Assembly: GCA_965220745.1 (NCBI GenBank)
Contig: CBDCQT010000010.1
Location: forward strand, 750,702-814,701
Origin: Alphaproteobacteria bacterium
GTDB taxonomy: Bacteria; Pseudomonadota; Alphaproteobacteria; UBA828
DNA: 64,000 nucleotides
Reading direction: 5' to 3'
In this document: positions 29,590 through 38,704 of the stretch, one piece after another
How positions within the stretch are numbered: the first letter of the stretch is position 1
How the letters are laid out: the number at the start of each line of letters is the position of its first letter
The notes under the pieces: generated by a model
Databases searched by the model: none
The model's input: only the letters and a program-made list of their open reading frames with translations
Told to the model about the DNA's origin: nothing
Translations under genes and position numbers: made by a program

Positions 29590-30663
29590 CTACAGGTGCG
29601 GGACAACCTCGTCGGCGAGCAGACGCATGGAGCGCCGCCAGCGGGCCTCGTCGTCCCAGTCGTGTGCGGTCGCGATCAGGGTGCCGAAGTCGCCGACCTC
29701 CTCGCGAAAGGCCACGAGTTTTTGGATCACGGTGCGGGGGCTGCCGGCCACGACCATCGCATCGAGCATGTACCGAGTGGTGATCGCCTCGTCCGTCATG
29801 GCGGGGTCGTCCTTCAGCAGCGCGCCGAAGTCGGCGTCCAGCAGCACCGTCCGCAGGTAGTCGAAGTAGAAGGCGAGCGCGTTGTCGGGGCTGGCCAGAT
29901 AGTCCTCGGCCTCGGCGTCGCTCTCGGTCACGATGATGCTGCGGGCCGCGCGCCAGATCGCCGGGTCGGCCTCGCGCCCCGCCGCCTCGCATCCCTCCGC
30001 GTAGGCCTCCCAATGGGTCTTGACGTGGCAGGCGGGAGTGAAGTTGGCCGAGATTGGGATCCAGCCGTGTGCGCCGGCGGTCCGCGCGCTGCCGGAGCGC
30101 GGGCTCATGATCGAGACGGCGATGGGCGGGTGCGGCGTCTGGTACGGCCGGGCCATGACGCCGACGCCGAGATCACTGCGGTAGGCGTCCTTGATCTGAA
30201 AATCCCAGTAGCCGCCGGGGAACTCGTAGGGCGGCTCCTGCGACCAGATCTTCAGGATCGTCTCGATCGACTCCTGCATCATCCGGGGCCGGTCGGGCGG
30301 GTTGTTCAGCTTGAACATCTCGAAGTCGCCGGGGGAGCCGCCGGGGCCGATGCCGAAGATGAAGCGGCCTTGCGCGAGCTGGTCGAACATCGCGGCGTGG
30401 GCGGCGACGATGGCCGGATGCTGCTGCGGCAGGTTGATGACGCCGGTGCCGAACTTGATCCGCTTGGTGCGCTCGATCAGGGTTGCGAGGAAGATGAAGG
30501 GCGAGGTGATCTGCTCCGGCTTGTTGGAGTAGTGCTCGCCGACGTAGACCTCCGCGAAGCCCAGCTCGTCCGCGAGCACAATCGCCTCCTGGTCCTCGCG
30601 CAGCACCGTGAGGAACGGCCGCTCGGGCCGGTGCAACGGCATCATCAGCATGCCGAGTTTCAT
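29590..30663 (-). CDS. LLM-class flavin-dependent oxidoreductase
   Basis: ADELGFAEVYVGEH, TKRIKFGTGV, GRFIFGIG and PYQTPHPP. Confidence 0.88.
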   Translation of the reverse strand: MKLGMLMMPLHRPERPFLTVLREDQEAIVLADELGFAEVYVGEHYSNKPEQITSPFIFLATLIERTKRIKFGTGVINLPQQHPAIVAAHAAMFDQLAQGRFIFGIGPGGSPGDFEMFKLNNPPDRPRMMQESIETILKIWSQEPPYEFPGGYWDFQIKDAYRSDLGVGVMARPYQTPHPPIAVSIMSPRSGSARTAGAHGWIPISANFTPACHVKTHWEAYAEGCEAAGREADPAIWRAARSIIVTESDAEAEDYLASPDNALAFYFDYLRTVLLDADFGALLKDDPAMTDEAITTRYMLDAMVVAGSPRTVIQKLVAFREEVGDFGTLIATAHDWDDEARWRRSMRLLADEVVPHL

Positions 30664-30717
30664 GGCGCTACCTCCCGAAGCCGCTAACCGCCTGCAGCTA
30701 TTGCGCCTGCGCCTACT

Positions 30718-30750
30718 CTAGCCCGGATGACTCGCCACGGTCATGGGCTG
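30718..30750 (+). repeat. Solo copy of the dispersed MITE-end repeat
   Basis: CTAGCCCGGATGACTCGCCACGGTCATGGGCTG matches the reverse complement of the MITE right end at 26 of 33 positions. Lies in a divergent promoter gap. Confidence 0.6.
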
Positions 30751-30826
30751 GTCGGCGTGGTTCGGCGTCCAGGGATCAAGTGCCATAATGCCGGCTCACG
30801 CTGACGGCACTAGGAGGATAGAGACC

Positions 30827-32065
30827 ATGGCCCAGCGCAAGCCGCTGAAGACGCTGCGTATCGGGATGATCGGCGCGGGCTTCATAGCGCGCTTCCACCT
30901 CGAATCCTTCACCGGCGTGCGCAACTGCGCCATCACCGGGGTTTACAGCCCGACGAAGGAGAGCCGCACCGCGCTCGCCGCGCGCGCCAACGAGCTCGGC
31001 CTTGGCCCCTGCACGGCTCATTCGTCGCTCGACAAGCTGATCCGGGCGAAGGACGTGGATGCGCTCTGGATCCTCTCCCCCAACGACACCCGCGTCGCCA
31101 CGATCGAGGCGATCCACAAGGCGACAAAAAGCGGCAAGCGGCTGCGCGGCATCGCGTGCGAAAAACCCCTCGCGCGCAATCTGGCCGAGGCCCGCGCCAT
31201 GGTCCGGTTTGCGGACGACGCCAGGCTCGCCACCGGCTACTTGGAGAACCAGGTGTTCTCGACGGCCGTCGAGCGCGGCAAGGAGATCATCTGGCGCCGC
31301 GCCGTGCCCCTCACCGGCCGGCCCTATCTCGCGCGCGCGGCGGAAGAGCACTCCGGCCCGCACATGCCCTGGTTCTGGCAGGGCGAGAAGCAGGGCGGCG
31401 GCGTGCTCTCGGACATGATGTGCCACTCGGTGGAGGTCGCCCGCCACCTGCTGACGGCGCCGGGCGAGGCGCGCGATACGCTCAGGGTGGTGAGCGCCAA
31501 TGCGACCATCGCCAACCTCAAGTGGACCCGGCCGGCCTACGTGCGCCGGCTGAAGCGGGAGATGGGGCGCGAGGTTGACTACGGCCGCAGGCCCGCCGAG
31601 GACTTCGCGCGCGGCACGCTGGTGCTGGAGGACCCGGACGGCAACGAGGCGATGATCGAGACCACCACGTCCTGGGCCTACGTCGGTGCCGGCTTGCGCA
31701 TCCAGCTGGAGCTGCTCGGCCCGGAATACTCGATGGAGTTCTCCTCCCTCGGCACCGGGCTCAAGGTCTTCATCTCGCGTGCGGTCAAGGGCGCTGCCGG
31801 TGAGGACCTGGTGGAGAAACAGAACGCTGAGCAGGGCCTAATGCCGGCGCTGGAGGACGAGGCCGGGGTCTACGGCTACACCAGCGAGAACCGCCACATG
31901 GTGGAGTGCTTCCGCACCGGCACGACACCCACGGAGACCTTCCGCGACGGGCTTGCCGTGACCGAGATCCTGATGGCGCTCTATCGCTCCGCCGAGCTGG
32001 GCCGCACCGTGCGCTTCGGCGAGGAAGACCTGGAGGACTACATCCCACCCGTGGCCCGGGCCTGA
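30827..32065 (+). CDS. Gfo/Idh/MocA family oxidoreductase
   Basis: IGMIGAGFIA, CEKPLA and GGGVLSDMMCH. AGGAGG RBS before ATG 30827. Confidence 0.88.
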   Translation: MAQRKPLKTLRIGMIGAGFIARFHLESFTGVRNCAITGVYSPTKESRTALAARANELGLGPCTAHSSLDKLIRAKDVDALWILSPNDTRVATIEAIHKATKSGKRLRGIACEKPLARNLAEARAMVRFADDARLATGYLENQVFSTAVERGKEIIWRRAVPLTGRPYLARAAEEHSGPHMPWFWQGEKQGGGVLSDMMCHSVEVARHLLTAPGEARDTLRVVSANATIANLKWTRPAYVRRLKREMGREVDYGRRPAEDFARGTLVLEDPDGNEAMIETTTSWAYVGAGLRIQLELLGPEYSMEFSSLGTGLKVFISRAVKGAAGEDLVEKQNAEQGLMPALEDEAGVYGYTSENRHMVECFRTGTTPTETFRDGLAVTEILMALYRSAELGRTVRFGEEDLEDYIPPVARA

Positions 32066-32187
32066 TCCGGCGGGCGCCGAGGTAGCGCGAGGGTCGGCTT
32101 GCCGGTGAGGTAAACGACGGCCGCTGGCATCAGCGCAGGTCGGTGGTACTGTTTTCGCGACGAGACACGAGCGGACTCGAGGCTCCC

Positions 32188-32835
32188 ATGGCGGCTGAGC
32201 GGCACGAGCGGAACAACATCGGCAGGGCGCTGCAACGCCTGAGAAAGAACAATGACCTGACCCTTGCGGCGGTCAGCGCCAAGACGGGCGTCGCAATCTC
32301 GACGCTCTCGAAGATCGAGAACAACCAGTCATCGCCCAACTTCGACGTGCTGACACGCCTCGCCGACGGCCTGGGCCTGGATCTCCTCGCGCTCCTGGGT
32401 GAGAGCTTCTACACCTTTGCGCACGGCGCCCGGGCGATCACGCGGGCGGGCGGGGGCGTCCGCTACGAGACGCCGCTCGGCACGTACGAGGCTCTGAGCG
32501 GTGAAATCGCCATGAAAGCGCTTCAGCCTGCGGTGGTTCGGGTGCCGGCGGGACGGAGCGAGCCGGCAACCATGAGCACTCATGCGGGCGAGGAAATCAT
32601 CTACATCCTGCGTGGCGGCGTGCGGTTCTACATGGAGCCCTACAGCCCGACCGTTCTGGAGCAGGGCGATTCGGTCCATTTCGACAGCCTGATGCCGCAC
32701 GGGTTCGTCGCCCTGGGCGATGAGGATGCCTTGATGCTTTCCGTGTCGGTGTTCGACAGGGAGAACACCAGGAAGATGATGAAGGACTCCTCGGCTGAGC
32801 CAACCAACGAAGACGCCGGCGGCGGAGAGGCATAG
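32188..32835 (+). CDS. XRE-family regulator with C-terminal cupin domain
   Basis: LTLAAVSAKTGVAISTLSKIENNQSSP HTH and HAGEEIIY...GDSVHFDSLMPH. Confidence 0.88.
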   Translation: MAAERHERNNIGRALQRLRKNNDLTLAAVSAKTGVAISTLSKIENNQSSPNFDVLTRLADGLGLDLLALLGESFYTFAHGARAITRAGGGVRYETPLGTYEALSGEIAMKALQPAVVRVPAGRSEPATMSTHAGEEIIYILRGGVRFYMEPYSPTVLEQGDSVHFDSLMPHGFVALGDEDALMLSVSVFDRENTRKMMKDSSAEPTNEDAGGGEA

Positions 32836-32921
32836 GGAGCGCTCTGCTCGGGGAGAACCGAGATGCCGCCTCGCCCAACGTGGGATGGGGACACCGACAC
32901 GGTTTAGGACGGTGGACGCTC

Positions 32922-34049
32922 TCAGCCGCTGTCATTCCACGCTTGGGCGGCGCGGGCGACGGCGTCCTCGTCGAGCTCAAAGCCCAGTCCCGGACCGTCG
33001 AGCACGGGCAGCGTGCCGCGCTGCAGCGTCAGGTCGGGGCTCTTGACGACGTCCCAGGCCAGCAAGTCGATCATGTACTGGTTGCCGTCGTCGAGGTTGG
33101 GGGTTACCGCCGCCACCTGGTTCGCCGCCGCCGTGGTGATGCCGGTCTCATAGAGGCCGTGGATGCAGACCTCGATATTCGCCGCCGCGGCGACGTGGGC
33201 GACCTCGCAGAAGCGCCGCAGGCCGCCGGTCTCATGCAGGCCGATGACGATAAGATCGGCGGCGTTCTGGCGACAGGCGTGAAAGGCTTCCTGCGGCGTG
33301 AAGACGCTTTGGTCTGCCGCGATCGCGACCTGGCTGCGGGCCCGCACCTGCGCCAGCGCGTCGATGCTCTCCGCATGCGTCGGTTGCTCGACGAGGTCGA
33401 TGTCGAACGCTGCGAGCTTGCGGATCATGCGAACAGCCCGTGCGGGTGACCAGTGCTCGTTGGGATCTACCCTCAGGCGCCTCTCTGACCCGATGGCATC
33501 CCGCACCTTCGCCACGATTTCCGCATCGAGTTCGTCGCCGCGGCCCACCTTGACGTAGATCACGTCGCAACCTGCATCTGCGAAGCGAGCCGCCTGGGTG
33601 GCCAGTTCCTCGGCGGTCTCGCCTTGGGGAAAGCCGAAGTAGCGAACCTCGTCGCGCACCTTTCCGCCCAGCAGCTCATGGACGGGACGGCCCACCGCCT
33701 TGCCCATGACGTCCCAGAGCGCCATCTCCAGGCCGGCCAGTACCTGGCCCGCGAATCGCGGCGCGCTGCAGGTGCCCTTCAACTGGAAGAGTGTGTGGTA
33801 GGCCTCGCCCATCAGCCGAGCGTTCTCGAACGGGCTGCGGCCGATGCAGACATCGGCCGCGAGAGACAGATAGGTGCAGATCCCGTCAGCCGAGGGCGTG
33901 GCGATCGACTCTCCGTAGCCGGTCACGCCCTCGTCTGTACGGACTTCCACCAACACCACGCCGGCGCCGAGGGTGACACCCTGGGCCCAGTGATAGGGCT
34001 GCTTGTAGGGAATCCAGAGCGGCGTCGTGACGATCTCGCTGATTCTCAC
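32922..34049 (-). CDS. Mandelate racemase/muconate lactonizing enzyme (enolase superfamily)
   Basis: GVTGYGE, LEMALWDVMGK, metal ligands in RVDPN, VEQP and ADQS, and PGLGFELD. GTG start at 34049. Confidence 0.88.
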   Translation of the reverse strand: MRISEIVTTPLWIPYKQPYHWAQGVTLGAGVVLVEVRTDEGVTGYGESIATPSADGICTYLSLAADVCIGRSPFENARLMGEAYHTLFQLKGTCSAPRFAGQVLAGLEMALWDVMGKAVGRPVHELLGGKVRDEVRYFGFPQGETAEELATQAARFADAGCDVIYVKVGRGDELDAEIVAKVRDAIGSERRLRVDPNEHWSPARAVRMIRKLAAFDIDLVEQPTHAESIDALAQVRARSQVAIAADQSVFTPQEAFHACRQNAADLIVIGLHETGGLRRFCEVAHVAAAANIEVCIHGLYETGITTAAANQVAAVTPNLDDGNQYMIDLLAWDVVKSPDLTLQRGTLPVLDGPGLGFELDEDAVARAAQAWNDSG

Positions 34050-34066
34050 GTCTCTTCCTCCGGCGC

Positions 34067-35359
34067 TTAGCGGCCCAAGACCAGGTTCGGCAGCCAGAGG
34101 GATACAGCCGGCACGTAGGTCGTGACAATGAGTGTCGGCAGCCAGGCGAACAGGATCATCAGCGTGGTCGGCCACAGCATCTTGTTCACCTGGGTGTTCG
34201 CCACCCGCGCGCCGAGGTAGAGCAGCGGCGCGGTCGGCGGCGTGACGTTCCCCATCCCGAGGTTGACGCCGATGATGGCGGCAAAGTGGATGGGATCCAC
34301 GCCGAGCTTCATGGCGATCGGCAGCAGCAGCGGCGAGGCCAGCAGCACGCCCGAGACATCGTCCATCAGCATGCCGATGATGACGATGACGATGTTGATC
34401 ATGATCAGCGCGACGACCGGGTTGGCGGAGACCGAGAAGATCAGCCGCTCCGCGAGCCCCGGGATGTCCTCGAAGATCAGGAGCCGGCTCACGATCATCA
34501 CGGTGAAGAACATCACCATGACGACGCCGGTGGTGGTGCCGCTCTCGACCAGCGCCTCAATGAAGGTCTTGCGGTTGAGGCCGCGATAGATGAACCAGCC
34601 CACCGGAATGGCATAGAGCACGGCGACGCCTGCGGCCTCCGTGGGCGTCATGATCCCGCCGTAGATGCCGCCCAGGATAACCACCGGCATCATCAGCGCT
34701 GGGAAGGCCTTGGTGCCGCGCCGCGCCGCCTCGCACGAGAATTTCTCCGGCGGAGGCGGCACCACGATCCTCTTCTGCCGCGCCATCAGCACCAGGTTGA
34801 GCGCGCACAGCAGCAGGATCAGGATCAGGCCAGGCATGACCGTGGCGAGGAAGCATTTCAGCACCGACTGGCGCGTCACCCAGGCGTAGATGATCTGGAT
34901 CGAGCTCGGCGGGATGAGCAGCCCCAAGGGGGCCGCATTGGCAATCAGCGACGCCGAGAAGCCTTCGGGATAGTTGGCCGCGCGCAGGCGGGGCAGCAGC
35001 ACCGAGCCGATACAGGTGAGCGTCGCCGCCGCGCTGCCCGAGATCGAGCCAAAGATGGCGCTCGCGATCACCGCCGCGGTCGACAATCCGCCCCGCACGC
35101 GGCCGACGAAGAGCTCCGCCAGATACACCATGGGCACGGCGATCCGGCCCTTCTCCATGATGCTGCCCGCCATGATGAAGAGCGGAATGGCCAGCAGCAC
35201 CAGGTTGTTCATGCGCCAGTGACCCGAGGTCATGAAGGTCATCGGGTCGGTGTCGGTGAAGATCGCGAGGTAGATCATCACCGCCCCGAAGGCGAGCGGG
35301 ACCGGCAACCCGATCAGCAGCACCACGCAGAGCAGGATCAGGGCGCCGAGCAGCATCAT
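34067..35359 (-). CDS. dctM: TRAP transporter large permease
   Basis: LLAIPLFIMAG, GSISGSA, LIPPSS, TPTEAA and GVDPIHF. Confidence 0.92.
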   Translation of the reverse strand: MMLLGALILLCVVLLIGLPVPLAFGAVMIYLAIFTDTDPMTFMTSGHWRMNNLVLLAIPLFIMAGSIMEKGRIAVPMVYLAELFVGRVRGGLSTAAVIASAIFGSISGSAAATLTCIGSVLLPRLRAANYPEGFSASLIANAAPLGLLIPPSSIQIIYAWVTRQSVLKCFLATVMPGLILILLLCALNLVLMARQKRIVVPPPPEKFSCEAARRGTKAFPALMMPVVILGGIYGGIMTPTEAAGVAVLYAIPVGWFIYRGLNRKTFIEALVESGTTTGVVMVMFFTVMIVSRLLIFEDIPGLAERLIFSVSANPVVALIMINIVIVIIGMLMDDVSGVLLASPLLLPIAMKLGVDPIHFAAIIGVNLGMGNVTPPTAPLLYLGARVANTQVNKMLWPTTLMILFAWLPTLIVTTYVPAVSLWLPNLVLGR

Positions 35360-35883
35360 GGCGCGTCACCCCGCGCCTCATCGTGCCCTGTCACGGCGCC
35401 CGGTGGAGGGGCGAGCAGACGCACGAAGTGCATCGCCGAATAGATGGTCATCAAGACGAAGCCGAGGAGGATGACGCCCCGCGGCACGGCCAGCGGGATG
35501 CTGTAGACGGGCGTGGCCGGCAGGTCCGGATAGCGCGAGAGATCGTCCGCCACCATCAGGTAGGCCCAGTAGGAGAGGACCGCCCCGATCAGGACCTCCA
35601 GCCCGAAGATGACGGAGTCCACCCGGCGCTTCGCCGCCTCGGTCCTGAGCCACTCCTTGAGCAGATCGGCCTTGATGTGCGTGTTGTCGAAGCTGCCCTG
35701 GGCCGAGCCGATGAAGTAGAGGGTGAAGGCCGCCGCCATCATCCACTCTTCGTAGGCGAACAGGTTCATCTCGAAGCCGTAGCGCAGCACCACGACCACG
35801 CCGAAGGTGACCGCGATCAGCAGCGAGCAGACGACGAGCAGAACTTTTTGAACGAAGAGGACGGAGCGGATCAGCCTGGCCAT
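35356..35883 (-). CDS. dctQ: TRAP transporter small permease
   Basis: Four TM helices, VVLRY, EE and HIKAD motifs, lying between dctP and dctM. Confidence 0.88.
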   Translation of the reverse strand: MARLIRSVLFVQKVLLVVCSLLIAVTFGVVVVLRYGFEMNLFAYEEWMMAAAFTLYFIGSAQGSFDNTHIKADLLKEWLRTEAAKRRVDSVIFGLEVLIGAVLSYWAYLMVADDLSRYPDLPATPVYSIPLAVPRGVILLGFVLMTIYSAMHFVRLLAPPPGAVTGHDEARGDAP

Positions 35884-35993
35884 TGCCAGCCTCCCGCATG
35901 AGAATTCGGGGGCGCGTCCCGCGTGTCCCTCTCAAACGCCACAGCTACCACAGAGATGGGGACGCGCCGGGTCCACTGCACTTCAGGTTCAGG

Positions 35994-36045
35994 AAAAAGA
36001 CGCCGCGGCCCAGGAGACGTCCGGGCTGGAGTTGGGCCGCGGCGT
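35994..36045 (-). terminator. Intrinsic terminator/attenuator after dctP
   Basis: 13-bp stem ACGCCGCGGCCCA/TGGGCCGCGGCGT followed by a T-run on the minus strand. Confidence 0.65.
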
Positions 36046-36065
36046 TATCCCCCCTTGCCGGACTG

Positions 36066-37067
36066 TCAGTTCGAATCCGCCTGCAGCCTTGACATCAGGT
36101 CGGCGCCGAACTTCTCCTCGAGCAACGGCTGCACTTTGGCCACCACTTCGGCACCCATCGCGGCCAGCTCCTCATCCGTAACGTTGACCACCGTGACGCC
36201 GTGATCCGCGAGCCTTTGCGTGTACTCGGCGTCCACCTTCTCGATCTGGTCGAAGGACCACGCCGACGCCTTCTGGAAGGCCGCCGACACCGCCTCCTGC
36301 TGCGCCGCGTTCAGGCTCTCCCACTTGCCCTTGTTCATGTAGTAGGCGGTGTTCTCCACGAATGCCTTGTAGGGGATGAAGTGGGTGATGATGTCGCGGA
36401 AGATCGTGTAGTAGGACTCCGCGGTGCCGCCCACCAGGCCGTCGACGGTGCCCTGCTGGATCGCCGCCGGCACGTCGCCCCAGTTCATGGTCGTGGTGTT
36501 GAAGCCCATGGCGGTCACCGAGGCGTGCGCGACCTCGGCGCTCCAGATGCGGATGTTCACGCCCTTGGGCCCGGTGGTGGTCGCGTTATCCGGCGCCTTG
36601 GCCGTGGCCACGCCGATGAAGCCCTCGATGAAGATACCCAGGAGCTTCACCCCCTGACCGTCCAGGAGCTCCTCGAAGGTCGTGTAGAAGGCGGAGCCGG
36701 GCGAGAAGGCCGCCCGCATCTGGTCGTAGGTGGAGACCATGAACGGGAGGCCGTTGATCTCCAGCCTGGGGTCGTTGTGGCTGTAGATGAAGGTGTGGCC
36801 GATATCGATGGCGCCGGCGGCGACATCGCCGAAGACCTGCTCGCCGTAGCCGAGCTGGCCGGCAGGGAAGGTCTTGACGCTGAGGCCCACATCGGCGGCT
36901 TCGAGGTCCGCCTGGATCTGGTTGAGCGCCTCCGTGCCGAAGTGATCGATCGGGTGCTGGCCCGCGATCTTGAGGCTTACCTCATCGGCGCTGGCCTGCG
37001 CCGCGAAGACGCCGGCGCTCAGGGCCACTGCCCCCACCAGGGCAGCAATCTGTTTATACAGTTTCAT
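36066..37067 (-). CDS. dctP: TRAP transporter substrate-binding protein
   Basis: Signal peptide, FPAGQLG, GVNIR and MNWGDVPAAIQQGTVDG. GGAGGAG RBS. Confidence 0.9.
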   Translation of the reverse strand: MKLYKQIAALVGAVALSAGVFAAQASADEVSLKIAGQHPIDHFGTEALNQIQADLEAADVGLSVKTFPAGQLGYGEQVFGDVAAGAIDIGHTFIYSHNDPRLEINGLPFMVSTYDQMRAAFSPGSAFYTTFEELLDGQGVKLLGIFIEGFIGVATAKAPDNATTTGPKGVNIRIWSAEVAHASVTAMGFNTTTMNWGDVPAAIQQGTVDGLVGGTAESYYTIFRDIITHFIPYKAFVENTAYYMNKGKWESLNAAQQEAVSAAFQKASAWSFDQIEKVDAEYTQRLADHGVTVVNVTDEELAAMGAEVVAKVQPLLEEKFGADLMSRLQADSN

Positions 37068-37368
37068 GATCTCCTCCATTGTTTGAGCCTGCCGCCGCAC
37101 GGCACGGGCTTTTCACACAGACAGAGATTTTTTACCATATCGGAGAATACATCCTTTTATGGCAAATTGTATGCACGAATGTCATACCTGTGATCGGTCA
37201 TCGAACGGCTCTGCAGCCAATCAGGCGCATCACTGGGTACAGCCCGTGCCGTATTGCGGCATGTTTTCCACGCGCTGACAGTGGAGGCACCGGAACCTGC
37301 TGTCTTGCACGCACCGGACGACTTGGAGAATATTTTCACACAGAGATAAATTTCGAACATCGGACGCT

Positions 37369-38391
37369 ATGGACGCAGAGCAGGCACTCTTCACCGCGCC
37401 GGCGCTGCCGCCCGATATCGAGCCCGACATGCGTGTCGGCTTTATCCTCTCGCCGCGCTTCACGCTCACGCCGTTCGCAGCCTTCATCAACTGCCTGCGC
37501 CATGCGGCCGACGAGGCGGACTTCAGCCGGCAGGTCTATTGCCACTGGAAAATCGTCGCGCCGACGCTGGACCCCATGACGGCAAGCTGCGGCGTGGAGG
37601 TGCGCCCGCATGCGCTGCTGCCGGAAGACGAGACGTTCGACCATCTCGTCGTCATCGGCGGCTTGCTGCCCGCGAGCCTGGAGCACCCGGAAGAGACGCT
37701 GCGCTACCTGCGTCACGCTTACGCGCACAACACGATTATCGTCGGCCTGTGCACGGCGAGCTTCGTGCTCGCCAAGGCGGGGCTTCTTGAAAACCGCCGC
37801 TGCTGTGCCCTGCACTTCGAGCACGTGGGTCAGTTCAAGCGGATGTTCCCGCGTGCCAGGCCGGAGGCCGACCAGTCATTCGTCAACGATGGCGAGATCA
37901 TCACGAGCCCAGGCGGCACGTCGGCCATCGACGTGGCACTTACCCTGGTCGAGTCCTGCTGCGGCAAGGCGCGGGCGGTCAAGGCGTTGACATCGCTCCT
38001 GGTCGACCGGCACCGGGTCGCCCGCCACATGCCGCATCGCCCCTACGGTCACCTGGCGACCTGCGGCAATCGCCACGTGGAGCGGGCGGTGGCGCTCATG
38101 GAGAAGCACCTGGCCACGCCATATACCGTCGGCAGGCTGGCGCAGCGCCTCAGCGTTTCGGAACGCGAACTCAACCGCGCGTTCGCCAAGTATGCCGGCG
38201 ACACCCCGACATCGCTGAGCCGCAAGATACGGCTCGCGCACGGCCATTGGCTGCTGGTCAACACGACCAGGACGGTGACGCAGATCGCCGCCGATTGCGG
38301 CTTCGCCGACGGCGCGCACTTTTTCCGCCGGTTCGGGAGCGTCTACGGTGAGACGCCGACCCGCTTCCGCAACCGCCGCCGCCAGATTTAG
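37369..38391 (+). CDS. GlxA-family (DJ-1/PfpI + AraC) transcriptional regulator
   Basis: GLCTASFVLAKAGLL amidase-like domain and AraC HTH (TQIAADCGFADGAHF). Confidence 0.9.
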   Translation: MDAEQALFTAPALPPDIEPDMRVGFILSPRFTLTPFAAFINCLRHAADEADFSRQVYCHWKIVAPTLDPMTASCGVEVRPHALLPEDETFDHLVVIGGLLPASLEHPEETLRYLRHAYAHNTIIVGLCTASFVLAKAGLLENRRCCALHFEHVGQFKRMFPRARPEADQSFVNDGEIITSPGGTSAIDVALTLVESCCGKARAVKALTSLLVDRHRVARHMPHRPYGHLATCGNRHVERAVALMEKHLATPYTVGRLAQRLSVSERELNRAFAKYAGDTPTSLSRKIRLAHGHWLLVNTTRTVTQIAADCGFADGAHFFRRFGSVYGETPTRFRNRRRQI

Positions 38392-38398
38392 ATGATGA

Positions 38399-38495
38399 GT
38401 CTCATCAGGATCAGCGCCTCGGATCGCTCCTGCGGAACTGGCGCGGGAAGGCTCTGATCGCTCCTGCGCTCTGGATATCGCGGTTGTGGCCGCCG
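38399..38495 (+). repeat. 97-bp imperfect direct repeat, left copy
   Basis: Aligns without gaps to 40470-40566, with an identical core ATCGCTCCTGCGGAACTG. Confidence 0.8.
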
Positions 38496-38704
38496 CCTTC
38501 GATCTGAAGTAGCTTGACGGCGTTTGGGATCCTGCAATCGGTCCAGACGACCTTGAGGATGGGGCCCCCTGCCGTTGGGATCGCGGTCGTCCAGAAGCTG
38601 GCGCTTTAACCAGTATAGCCTTGGAGCAGCCGGAAGTGCTTCACGGTCTGGAGGAGGCCTCAAGGGCCCACTCCTCCGAGGTGTGAGGAGAGGAGAACCC
38701 GGTC

